DNA of 64,000 bases from Octopus sinensis (Eukaryota), in assembly GCF_006345805.1 (NCBI RefSeq), contig NC_043002.1, positions 98,642,001 through 98,706,000 on the forward strand, in the 5' to 3' direction. Shown piece by piece: positions 13,933 through 26,025 of this stretch. The stretch's first letter is position 1. Every line of letters starts with the position of its first letter. Position numbers and translations under genes: made by a program. The notes beneath the pieces were generated by a model. It worked only from the letters and a program-made list of their open reading frames with translations, did not search any database and was not told the origin of the DNA.

Positions 13933-14332
13933 TAGGAGTGGCTGTGTGGTAAGTAGCTTGCTAAACAACCACATGGTTCTGGGTTCAGTCCCACTGCGTG
14001 GCATCTTGGGCAAGTGTCTTCTGCTATAGCCCCGGGCTGACCAATGCCTTGTGAGTGGATTTGGTAGACGCAAACTGAAAGAAGCCTGTCGTATATATGT
14101 ATATATATGTATGTGTGTGTGTTTGTGTGTCTGTGTTTGTCCCCCTAGCATTGCTTGACAACCGATGCTGGTGTGTTTACGTCCCCGTCACTTAGCGGTT
14201 CGGCAAAAAGAGACTGATAGAATAAGTACTGGGCTTACAAAGAATAAGTCCCGGGGTCGATTTGCTTGACGAAAGGCGGTGCTCCAGCATGGCCACAGTC
14301 AAATGACTGAAACAAGTAAAAGAGTAAAGAGT
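13933..14332 (+). mobile_element. SINE family A
   Basis: Full-length copy. Confidence 0.85.
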
Positions 14333-14647
14333 ATATCAAAGGCTGAAGAGATAAGTTTCTGACTATTTATCTGTCTGTACATGCATATTCATCTTATATT
14401 GATATTGTGAGCTTCTGGTCATCTTGATTGAGCAGATCTATAGATATTTGAGCCATGATCACCCCATCCATCTGTTTATCAAGAACTATATTCTCTCATG
14501 TGTTCTTCCATTTTTAAGATGACTGGTTGACTTGCATTCATTTTATGTTTATTTTACACTGCTTCAGACCCTTATAGGGATCTCCATTCCAAAAGGCACA
14601 CACATACACTCAAGCACATTAGAAAACTTTCAGCTTTGTAACTTGCA

Positions 14648-14679
<32 letters not shown>

Positions 14680-15456
14680 GACATACACATATATGCATTT
14701 AGATACATACACATCAAAACACACAAAGAGATAAACACACAAACACACTCATTTATATGTATATGCACACATGCATATACATACATTTGCACTCATTCAC
14801 ACACAAATATACATGCGTTCTTCATTTAAGATCCCTGTCTAGCTAGTCCTTGAGAAATATGTACAAAGAATGACTGCTAGAATTACAGTTAGCCAATACT
14901 CTAGTTAAGACTCTGATTTAGGTCTAGAATTTTAGCTTGATATGCAAGGTTTTAATTACACACTCATCATGTCTAGCACACATCCAAACACATATGCATT
15001 TCTACATGCTCTCTTTCTTCCTCTCTTTCTCTCACACATGCATACATACACAGGCACAAACACAAATGTCCTCATACAAAATTCACATCTTCCACATATC
15101 TGTTTAGAAATTCATATAGAATATGTGTGTGTGTATGTGCATACATATGAATTTAAACATATACATGTGTGTATATGTATGCATAGCTCTCATATACTCT
15201 CGTCTTCTCTCTATCTCACATGCACGCTCACACACACGCAGAAACATAAAGATATGAGGTCTGTTATCTTATATAATAAAACAGACTCCAATCTGATCTG
15301 GCAGTGTTTCTACAGCTGCATGCCCTTCCTAACGCCAACCACTCTGTGAGTGTATTGGGTGCTTTTTATGTGCCACCGGCATAGGTGTGAGAGGAGTTTG
15401 GCAACAGTCATGATTGGTTGGTGCTTTTTATGTGCCACGGGCATGGAATCCTATAT

Positions 15457-15792
15457 ACTCTTTTACTCTTTTACTTGTTTCAGTCATTTGACTGCGGCCA
15501 TGCTGGAGCACCGCCTTTAGTTGAGCAACTCAACCCCGGGACTTATTCTTTGTAAGCCCAGTACTTATTCTGTCGGTCTCTTTTGCCGAACCGCTAAGTG
15601 ACGGGGACATAAACACACCTAGCAATGCTAGGGGGGACAAACACAGACACACAAACATATACACACACATACAAATTCACTTTGGTCAGCCCGAGGCTAT
15701 AGCAGAAGACACTTGCCCAAGATGCCACGCAGTGGGACTGAACCTGGAACCATGTGGTTGGTAAGCAAGCTACTTACCACACAGCCACTCCT
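15457..15792 (-). mobile_element. SINE family A (internally deleted)
   Basis: Reverse copy lacking internal segments. Confidence 0.8.
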
Positions 15793-15801
15793 GCACCTAT
15801 A

Positions 15802-15966
15802 AAGGTGAAAGAGTGCAGCAGGGATCATCACCACCCCCTGCCGGAGCCTCGTGGAGCTTTTAGGTGTTTTCGCTCAATAAACACTCACAACGCCTGGTCT
15901 GGGAATCGAAACTGCGATCCTACGACCGCGAGTCCGCTGCCCTAAACACTTGGCCATTGTGCCTCC
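15802..15966 (-). mobile_element. SINE family C head (tRNA-derived)
   Basis: Reverse of the ggaggcgcaatggcccagtggttagggcagcggactcgcgg-type head. Confidence 0.8.
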
Positions 15967-15970
15967 AACA

Positions 15971-16023
<53 letters not shown>

Positions 16024-16026
<3 letters not shown>

Positions 16027-16530
16027 TCATCATCATCATCATCATCGTTTAGCGTCTGTTTTCCATGCTAGCATGGGTTGGACATTTCTACTGGGGTTTG
16101 TGAAGCCAGAAGGCTTCATCAGGCCCAGTCAAATCTGGCAGTGTTTCTACGGCTGGATGCCCTTCCTAACGCCAACCACTCCGAGAGTGTAGTGGGTGCT
16201 TTTTACGTGCCACCTGCACAGGTGCCAGACAGAGCTGGCAAACGGCCACGAACGGATGGTGCTTTTTATGTGCCAGGCGAGGCTGGCAGCGGACACGAAA
16301 TGGGGCGGTGCTGGCAACGGTTGCGAAACGGAAGGTTCTCTTACATGCCACCGGCACTGGTAACACATCTGCAATTTCCATTGATCGATTTCGATTCTGA
16401 TCCTCACTTGCCTCAACAGGTCTTCACAAGTAGAGTTTTGTGTCCCAAGAAGGGAAGGTATGCATACGTAGGCCGGCTCCATCCCATGTAGAAGGCCACG
16501 GGTTATGGACTCACTTGTCCTGCCGGGTCA
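16024..16530 (-). mobile_element. Retroelement family D
   Basis: (CAT)n tail, body and upstream modules. Confidence 0.75.
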
Positions 16531-17006
16531 TATATACATATATTCACATAAACATCTAAATGATCAAATGTACGTACAGCCTATGTGTACACACATCTAA
16601 TAATGATGATGGTAGTTTCTCATAGTCTGAGAAAGACAGCTCTGCAGTTTATTGCTGAGCAACCTGCACAGATGATTTGTCTATAGTGATGAAATGCATA
16701 TGCTGTAGATTAGCTCACTCCTTCCATCAAATTGACATTTTTTGAACAGGTGCACAGTGTACAATGCATCAGGTGTTGAAGTGATTACAGAGAAACACGA
16801 AATGAAGTGTTTTACTCAAAATCACAATGCTCCACCCAGTCAGGAATTGAAACTATGATCTTGTGATCATGATTGCAACACTGGCTCATACACCCTTAAC
16901 AACCATAACTAAAATATACTTATTACTCACCACCATCACACATATACAACTGTTATATCTTGCATATACATAATTCATCCCACACATTTACACAGACACA
17001 TATATA

Positions 17007-17169
17007 GGTGTAAGAGTGGCTGTGTGGTAAGTAGCTTGCTTATGAACCACATGGTTCCAGGTTCAGTCCCACTGCGTGGTACCTTGGGCAAGTATCTTCT
17101 ACTATAGCCTCGGGCTGACCAAAGCCTTGTGAGTGGATTTGGTTGACGGAGACTGAAAGAAGCCCGTCG

Positions 17170-17203
<34 letters not shown>

Positions 17204-17388
17204 TGTGTATGTTTGTGTGTCTATGTTTGTCCCCCCCAGCATCATTTGACAACCGATTCTGGTGTGTTTACATCCCCGTAACTTAGCAGTTCAGCAAAAG
17301 AGACTGATAGAAGTACTAGGCTTACAAAGAATAAGTCCTGGGGTCGATTTGCTGGCCGCAGTCAAATGAATGAAACAAGTAAAAGAGT
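17007..17388 (+). mobile_element. SINE family A
   Basis: Near full-length copy. Confidence 0.85.
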
Positions 17389-18104
17389 ATAGTCTTATAG
17401 ATATAGGATAAGTTCAGCTATTTGCACAATATACAAACAGTCTTTACACACAAGAAACAGTCACAAGTACATTCACATATAATTACACAAGTACACAATC
17501 TGTAATACTCACAGTACAGAAAAATCTCTTCTAAATTCTCCGCTCTCCCTTTCTCTACTTTATTCTTTTTACAATCACTGTCCTTTTTTTGTTAATGTTC
17601 CTCTCTTTTTTCTTTTTTTTTCTTTTCTTCTACTTTTTTTCCCCTCTCTCATCCCCTTTTTTTCTGTTTCTGTTTCTCAATCCAGTACCTACATCTCTTT
17701 AATCACTCTTTATTTCAACCTGCTTTCCCTGCAGGCTGCTCAATAACATCACCAACCAATCATTGAGCTGCTGTCCCAGATAAAATAGTTGGTTTAGTAT
17801 CATTTCCAAGATAAAGGTTAATAGAGAAAAAAACAAACACACACACACACACTGTACTACACAAACACACACACACACTGTACTACACAATACACACACA
17901 CACTACACTGTACTACACTATACACACACACTACACTGTACTACACAATACACACACACTCATATGGAGTAAGGCTTAGGAGCAGGTTCTATCATTCCAA
18001 AATGAAATTGCTAGATTGATACCCAGGCTATTACAAGAACTGGCTGTGAATTTATAATTGCTTAGCTTATTATCTATCAGTATACAATTTCTATTTCGAA
18101 TATC

Positions 18105-18271
18105 AGGAGTGGCTGTGTGGTAAGTAGCTTGCTTACCAACCACATGGTTCCGGGTTCAGTTCCACTGTGTGGCACCTTGGGCAAGTGTCTTCTACTATAG
18201 CCTCGGGCCGACCAAAGCCTTGTGAATGGATTTGGTAGACGGAAACTGAAAGAAGCCCGTTGTATATATGC

Positions 18272-18321
<50 letters not shown>

Positions 18322-18536
18322 TTGTGTATCTGTGTTGTCCCCCCCCAACATCGCTTGACAACCGATGCTTGTGTGTTTACATCCCCGTAACTTAGCAGTT
18401 CGGCAAAAGAGAAGACCGATAGAATAAGTAGTAGGCTTACAAAGAATAAGTCCTGGGGTCGATTTGGTCGACTGAAGGTGGTGCTCCAGCATGGCCGCAG
18501 TCATATGACTGAAACAAGTAAAAGAGAGTAAAGAGT
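18105..18536 (+). mobile_element. SINE family A
   Basis: Full-length copy. Confidence 0.85.
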
Positions 18537-18823
18537 ATACATCTATATTTTTATAGTTAACTTAAACTTAGATAAAGTTGGTTAAATATTTCTACCAGCT
18601 TGGGCTAACATGCAGAAGCTCTCTTATTGGTTCACACAAACTCTACTCTATCTATCCATGTGTGTGTGTGTGTGTATGCATGAACAAGCAAAAGAAGAAA
18701 GAAAACACTGCATTTGAAGATGAGTTGGGTGTGTACTAATTAAAATATAAATATTTAAATACTAAAGCTTTTGATGCATTAAGCTTACTGTTACCACTAT
18801 CCTATTTATGATGTTTAGTTAAT

Positions 18824-18855
<32 letters not shown>

Positions 18856-18876
18856 TACATACATACATATATATAA

Positions 18877-18909
<33 letters not shown>

Positions 18910-19309
18910 ACTTACAAACATTATATTTTGATTAATCATTCTCATTATGAGATTTAGTTAATTATGCATCAATGTTTTGATTAACCATTCTCATTATGAG
19001 GTTTTAGTTAATTAAACATATTTGCATTAAGTATCTTCATTTATTATACATGCTTGACACTTTGATTAAATGTTGCTATTATGATTAGTTAATTATGCAT
19101 ATATTAATGGACCTGTGTCATCAAAAGTAATAACAGCTTTATTGTTACTCTAATCATTTTTTTACTCCAACTCCAATTTTGATTTGCCCACTCATTTTCC
19201 CCTCTAATTGTGTTAACTCAACCTTTTACTAACATTAATTTTACTTCTCTTACTGCCACTCCCTCACATGCTCTTTTTTTGTCATTTGATAATATCCTAC
19301 TTCGACACA

Positions 19310-19692
19310 GTGGAGGCGCAATGGCCCAGTGGTTAGGGCAGCGGACTCGCGGTCATAGGATCGCGGTTTCGATTCCCAGACCGGGCATTGTGAGTGTTTA
19401 TTGAGCGAAAACACCTAAAGCTCTACGAGGCTCCGGCAGGGGATGGTGGTGATTCCTGCTGTACTCTTTCACCACAACTTTCTCTCACTCTTACTACCTG
19501 TTTCTGTTGTACCTGTATTTCAAAGGGCCGGTCTTGTCACTCTCTGTGTCACGCTGAATATCCCTGAGAACTACGTTAAGGGTACACGTCTCTGTGGAGT
19601 GCTCAGCCACTTAGACGTTAATTTCACGAGCAGGCTGTTCCGTTGATTCGGATCAACCGGAACCCTCATCGTCGTAACTGACGGAGTGCTTC
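19310..19692 (+). mobile_element. SINE family C, tail type 1
   Basis: tRNA-like head (A/B-box-like motifs); tail shared with the 28740 copy. Confidence 0.85.
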
Positions 19693-19864
19693 CATCCACT
19701 TCAACACAATCCCATTAGTATGACAGCGCTGCAACTCAGAGGCTAATTATTCTACATAGACAATATATTTTGATTAACCATTGTTATTAGGATGTTTAGT
19801 TAATTTACACATATATGATATATTTGATTTTGATTTGTTTTCTTTACTATTCTCTTTCTTGTAG

Positions 19865-20038
19865 CACATGGTGGATGGACTCCATGGTCTGCTTGGACAT
19901 CCTGTTCTCAGACGTGTAATAGTGGTGTTAGATCTCGCACACGTACCTGTGGGAATCCGGCCCCACTGCATGGAGGACGTGATTGTGAGGGGTCCCCCAA
20001 GCAGGAGGAATACTGTCCTGGAAATCCACGTTGTCCTT
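19865..20038 (+). CDS. SEMA5: Semaphorin-5-like exon, TSP1 repeat 2
   Basis: ttcttgtAG acceptor, GTAAGT donor, 174 nt, phase 1-1. Reads (T)HGGWTPWSAWTSCSQTCNSGVRSRTRTCGNPAPLHGGRDCEGSPKQEEYCPGNPRCP. Confidence 0.95.
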
Positions 20039-20094
20039 GTAAGTAAAGCACTAATCTTTTGATACTTATCTTCTTACATTTAGAACTTTTTTTT

Positions 20095-20326
20095 TACTTT
20101 TACTTGTTTCAGTCATTTGACTGTGGCCATGCTGGAGCACCGCCTTTAGTCGAGCAAATCAACCCCAGGATTAATTCTTTGGAAGCCTAGTACTTGTTCT
20201 ATCGGTCTCTTTTGTCAAATCACTAAGTTACAGGGATGGAAACACACCACCATCGGTTGTCAAGTGATGCTGGGAGACAAACACAGATGCACAAACATAC
20301 ACACACACACACACACACACATATAC

Positions 20327-20364
<38 letters not shown>

Positions 20365-20521
20365 GACTGGCTTCTTTCAGTTTCCATCTACCAAATCCTC
20401 ACAAGGCTTTGGTTGGCCTGAGGCTATAGTAGAAGACACTTGCCCAAGGTGCCACGCAGTGGGAAAATGAACCTGGAATCATGAGGTTGGTAAGCAAGCT
20501 ACTTACCATGCAGCCACTCCT
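20095..20521 (-). mobile_element. SINE family A
   Basis: Reverse copy starting about 56 nt after the TSP1-2 donor. Confidence 0.85.
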
Positions 20522-20715
20522 ATATATATTCCTACATGTATATGCAGGTGTTTGTGTGGGTGCAATCATAACTGTGTGGTTATGAAATCCCCATCATAGC
20601 CACATTTTTTGGCTTCAGTCATACTGCACAGCACCTTAAGCATTTGTCTTTTACTGTGGCAGACCAATGCCTTGTGAGTAGATTTGGTGAAAAGAAACTT
20701 TTCAAAAGTGCTTTA

Positions 20716-20753
<38 letters not shown>

Positions 20754-20946
20754 CGTGCACATACCTGTGTATGTCAGTCACAACTTGACAATAAGTGTTG
20801 GTTTGTAAGCAAAATAAACTAATAGAACAAACATCAAACTTATAATAAAGACTGGAATTGATTTCTTCAACTAATCCCTTCAAAGTAGAATTCCAACTTG
20901 GCTGCTGTCCAATGACTGAAACAAGTAAAGAATTCATATATGTATA

Positions 20947-21111
20947 TAGGCACAGGCAAGGCTGTATGGTAAGTAGCTTGCTTACCAACCACATGGTTCT
21001 GGGTTCAGTCCCACTGTGTGGCACCTTGGACAAGTGTCTTCTACTATACCTTTGGTCCAACCAAAGCTTTGTGAGTGGATTTGGTAGACGGAAACTGAAA
21101 GAAGCCCATCG

Positions 21112-21143
<32 letters not shown>

Positions 21144-21335
21144 TCTTTGTCTGTGATTTTCCCCCCACCATCACTTGACAATTGATGTTAGTGTGTTTAC
21201 TTTCACCTAACTTAGCGGTTTGGCAAAAGAGACTGATAGAATAAATACTAGGCTTATAAGTCTTGGGGTCGATTTGCTCGACTAAAGGCGGTGCTCCAGC
21301 ATGGCCGCAGTCAAATGACTGAAACAAGTAAAAGA
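20947..21335 (+). mobile_element. SINE family A
   Basis: Forward copy, tail-to-tail with the next copy. Confidence 0.85.
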
Positions 21336-21361
21336 ATATATATGGAGTGATGTATGTATAT

Positions 21362-21766
21362 TCTCTTTTACTCTTTTACTTGTTTCAGTCATTTGACTGC
21401 GGCCATGCTGGAGCACCGCCATTAGTCGAGCAAATCAACCTCGGGACTTATTCTTTTGTAAGCCCAGTACTTATTCTATCGGTCTCTTTTGCCGAACCGC
21501 TAAGTGACGGGGACGTAAACACACCAGCATCGGTTGTCAAGCAACGCTAGAGGGACAAACACAGACACACAAACACATACACACACATACATATATATAC
21601 ACATATATACGACAGGCTTCTTTCAGTTTCCGTCTACCAAATCCACTCACAAGGCATTGGTCGGCCCGGGGCTATAGCAGAAGGCACTTGCCCAAGATGC
21701 CACGCAGTGGGACTGAACCCGGAACCATGTGGTTGGTTAGCAAGCTACATACCACACAGCCACTCC
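21362..21766 (-). mobile_element. SINE family A
   Basis: Reverse full-length copy. Confidence 0.85.
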
Positions 21767-22196
21767 AATATATGCTGAGTATAAAAAGCACTATAACTGG
21801 AGCACAACCACAGATTTACAATATAGAATATGATGAATTATGATCTCAGACTCTGGCACAAGAATGCATGGTTTTCTTTACTAATTTAAACAATATTGTT
21901 AGCCTAGTGTAGAGAGAGAGCTTATAAAATATTTTGCTCGGATTGATAATCCCTCACTAATAACTATTTATGTGCATATGTATAAATATTATCCTTTTCT
22001 TTTCCCTCTCTTTTTTTCCTCTCCCTCTCTCCGTCTCAATTTTTTATTTTTTCTCTAATTTGGCAACATGAGTGTTTTTCAATGTGTTGTTGAATCTCTT
22101 GCTACATTATTATTAACCATGGCAGGATGTCATTAGGCAAAGTTTTCAGAAACGGTGCTGTTTGACATATATATAAGTATATATAAAACACCACCA

Positions 22197-22236
<40 letters not shown>

Positions 22237-22626
22237 GCCTGTTTAAATGTTTGCAACAAGGTTACAATAGTCATTGTGATTAGTGTTTTTTTGGCTTCTT
22301 CTTCCATTTCTACTAATGATGTCCTTCCATTCTTTGAGACTTGTTTGTTTCTTTACATTCAGGCGTATTCATACCATCTCCATCATTCATTCATCATCAT
22401 CATCGCCCACCTCTCCTTCTCCTAAACATTTTCTCTTCCACCCACTCACATTTCTTCCATCCACCTTCTTTTCCATATCTCCTCTCACTCACCCTCCTAT
22501 TTAATCTCTTGTTCACCCTCTTTCTCTCTCTCGATTTCTCTTACTTATCCTCACTCTTTCTGTTTCACTCTCTTCTCTTTCTACCTCTCTCTTCCTTTTC
22601 TCATCTTTTGTCCTTTACTCCTCATC

Positions 22627-22658
<32 letters not shown>

Positions 22659-22948
22659 AATATGCAAGAGCATATTAGTTTCATCATTATCTTGCCACCA
22701 CACACTGTTTCATCTTTTCTTGGGTCGAACGCTTAGCAGCATTTCGTCCATCTTTACATTCTGAGTTCAAATTTGTCTTTTATCCTTTCGGAGCCAATTA
22801 AATAAGTTTCAGTTGAGCACTGGGGTTGTTGTAATTGGTTTAGCACATACCTCAAAATTGCTGGCCTTGTGCCAAAATTTAAAATCATTATACACCTTAC
22901 AACATACACAACCCTAACACACTCTTTACTTTCTCTTTACTTACACAG

Positions 22949-23128
22949 ATAGCCCTATCAATGGCCAGTGGTCAATGTGGTCCTCATGGGCTGGATGCTC
23001 AGAGCGATGTTATGGAGGAGTTCAAACAAGACGCCGTAACTGTGACAACCCACCGCCAAAACACAAGGGCTTACCTTGTATTGGAAATGAACAGGAATGG
23101 CGTATGTGCAATAAACATAACTGTGATG
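22949..23128 (+). CDS. SEMA5: Semaphorin-5-like exon, TSP1 repeat 3
   Basis: ttacacAG acceptor, GTAAGT donor, 180 nt, phase 1-1. Reads (Y)SPINGQWSMWSSWAGCSERCYGGVQTRRRNCDNPPPKHKGLPCIGNEQEWRMCNKHNCD. Confidence 0.95.
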
Positions 23129-23895
23129 GTAAGTATAGTCCTCATCATGGCTATTATTATCTTCATTATCATCATCATCTTTATCTATATCAACAACAAA
23201 TGCAAGAAACAACTACATATTAGACTGACTTGCTAGAAGTAGCTGTTAAAATTTCCCTCAGATCAAACCCTGTTAATTATAAAGAAGTAAGAATTCAACT
23301 AACGTTGAGGTCACTGGTATTCAAAAATTATTGAATGGTGAAAGCTGAAATGCCTTGGATTTTAGGTCTACTCAGTCGAGAGGGTAACATGAGACTTAAT
23401 GATGAGAACAACAACAAAGGCAGGTCACATTGCACAATGTATCCTAGATATACTATGAAAGAAAAAAGATTGTGTGGTTAATTCCCTTATATTTTATATA
23501 ATATTCCCTTTAATTTTGCAACATATTTGATCATGATTCTACTCAATCTTCATGGGTTGATCAAATAAAGTACCAGTCAAGTATTGGGGGTGATTTAATT
23601 GAGTAACAACCCCCTCATCCCAAAGTTCTCGCCTCATGCTTTTATAAGAAATATATTTTATTCTCTTATATTCCTTTATTGCTTTATAGCTATATCATAT
23701 TCCCTCATTGAATTCCTTTATTCCTTTATAAATGTAATATTCTCTTACTTTAATCTGTTTCCACTATTCTAGTGTGTTTCTTATTCAATTTTCTTTTTTC
23801 TCTTTTATCCTATTCTCTTCTATTTCTTATTCTATATTCTCTGCTTCTATTGCATCTCTTCTCACACCAAGTCTCATCGTTTTCTGTACTTACAG

Positions 23896-24078
23896 CCAAA
23901 GTAAAAGTGGTACCATGGAGCGACTGGGTGAAGACGAATACAACAAGAGGTGGATACTTTGAGCAGCGCTTCCGTTTTTCGTGCAGCGCACCAGTCCCGG
24001 ATCGTCACATGATCCGAGCAAAGCACATGAAAAGCCAAGTGCGTTTCTGCTTAAACAATGGAGTGTGTCACAACTCAG
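23896..24078 (+). CDS. SEMA5: Semaphorin-5-like exon, divergent TSP1 repeat 4
   Basis: ttacAG acceptor, GTGAG donor, 183 nt, phase 1-1. Reads (A)KVKVVPWSDWVKTNTTRGGYFEQRFRFSCSAPVPDRHMIRAKHMKSQVRFCLNNGVCHNS, matching the Sema5-specific PW..W...GG..EQRFR..C repeat. Confidence 0.93.
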
Positions 24079-24221
24079 GTGAGCTTCGCAATCCTGTCGA
24101 CATATACATGCCCGTAGATCGAGTCCTTCGCAAGTACTGTAAGTTCAAAAGGAAACTATTCCGTAAATACTGCAACTGCCGGACACTTGGAGTCTTTCTA
24201 GTGTGTCAGAAATGTTCATAG
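24079..24221 (+). CDS. Possible alternative terminal coding extension (read-through of the donor)
   Basis: The frame stays open for 47 codons (GELRNPVDIYMPVDRVLRKYCKFKRKLFRKYCNCRTLGVFLVCQKCS*). It is CpG-rich like the exon and unlike the flanking intron. Confidence 0.45.
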
Positions 24222-25058
24222 TAGAAGTAGTAGTGGTACACCTAGCGGTATAAGTGGAGGAAATATAAATACAGACACATAACATGCAAACAACAACAAA
24301 CAAACAAACAAAAAGAAAATAAGTAACAAACAAATATATATTAATGTGATTGTGAATAACTAAGAAATTTTACATGTATACACCCACCCACATACATGCA
24401 TACACACCATGCACACACATGCAAGTCCTCCTATACACTCACCAAGGCGTATACATTGCATTACATGTGTAAAGTGTATGGCTTGGTTTGTTATATAAAT
24501 ATAATTATATATACCCATGTATATATTTCTAAGATATAATATGTCTATAAGTAACATATATATATAACATATTTATATATGTATATGTACATACACTTGT
24601 ATTATCCATATATTCATATGTGTGTGTGGATATTTTGTATTATCCATATATTCATATGTGTGTGTGGATATTTTGAATTGAAGGAAAGAGAGATATTGTA
24701 CTGCATGTAATTTTTTGTGTTTGCATTTTCTTCCCCACCATATACAATTTTCCCCCTTGACCCACTGGCTCTCCAGTTTTATTACATACTTGTTTGTTCA
24801 CCTTTCACCACCAACACCAACACCACCACCACCACCATCGATTTTTACTATGGTTTTTAATATTTACTTCTCCTGTCAATCCTTGAAACCACCTTGACCA
24901 TTTCCATCATCACTATCACCACCACCACCATGACCACCACTGTATTTGTCTCATTGCTACAACCACAACCACCAACACTGTCACCTCTTATAAATATCAA
25001 AATCAAAGTTAGCTACTTTGTGGGTCTTCCATCACTGCTTTAACAAGCATGGGAGACA

Positions 25059-25102
25059 ACTCTGGACATGTTTCTCTTTTGTTATAGGCTCATCAGCAAA
25101 GT
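25059..25102 (-). ncRNA. Minimal type-I hammerhead ribozyme motif with decayed helix II
   Basis: Reverse complement actttg-CTGATGA-gcctataacaaaaga-GAAAC-AT-GTC-cagagt; 6-bp helix I; palindromic ACATGT helix III. Confidence 0.5.
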
Positions 25103-25805
25103 GTAGCCAATACTGTATTTACGAAAACAATGAAAACAATATTGTTTTATTTTCTCACTGTATAACTATTTCTGGTTAACATATTTAGTGTTCTGTACAT
25201 TAGATATATTAACACACTATTTTAACTGCTGTTATTTTTCATATGGAGGCATACCTGAATTATTTATTCTCTAGACAATTATAGATGCCTTTGACATGTA
25301 TCTCTACTCTTGCAACCCCAATACCTAATGTAGACATGATAATTAAATGAAAAAAAGAATAATGTAAAGGACAAAAATAAATCTAAGGATGATCAAATTT
25401 GTTTGAAAATGAAGAAAGTTGAAAAGGGGCAAACAGTTGCATGATGGGAAGAAGTAGTGAGTAAATAAAGTATAGATGTAAACAGTAAATTCTGGTTGAA
25501 TGTTTGGTAGATAGAATGATAGTCACGCTGATAGTTTTTTTTTTTTTTTTGTAAACTGCATGAAGTGCATATATAATAATTTATTGTTGCAATTATACTT
25601 TCTATTTTCATTATTATTCTTGTCATTATTGCCATCCATTATTTTCATTAACACCACTATCATCAATATCATTATCATTATCTGGATTGGCAGAAATAGT
25701 TGAGCACCAGACAAATTACTTTGCATTGGGGTTCATTTTCTTATCTTGACAAGCTCAATTTTTACCCTTCATCCATCTACAACCAATGAATTTAGTGCTG
25801 TTTAA

Positions 25806-26025
25806 CCCTTTAACATTCAGATTATTCTATCAAATGTAAAGCTTATGTATTCACACCATGTAAAATTAATCTTGCATCATTTCATGGCTTTGAGATTTCA
25901 AAGATGTGATTGTTTATTTTGAAAATGACACAATAAGGTAGTTATGAATGACCACATCTGACTAGTTTGAACATAAAATAGGTAGAATATTTTGGCCGGA
26001 TATGGCCGGTTTAAACACTAAAGGG
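25806..26025. mobile_element. piggyBac-type MITE
   Basis: TTAA|CCCTTTA...TAAAGGG|TTAA; related copy at about 45707-45892. Confidence 0.8.

Noticed and set aside
17734-17817. Possible cassette exon after a long polypyrimidine tract
   Set aside because: In-frame stop in the required phase, weak donor, no domain similarity.
19310-19385. tRNA gene
   Set aside because: The tRNA-like head continues into a SINE body, lacks a proper acceptor stem and terminator, and is multicopy with TSDs.
22953-23128. Alternative acceptor 4 nt downstream (cagatAG)
   Set aside because: It would shift the frame; the 22949 acceptor fits the phase.
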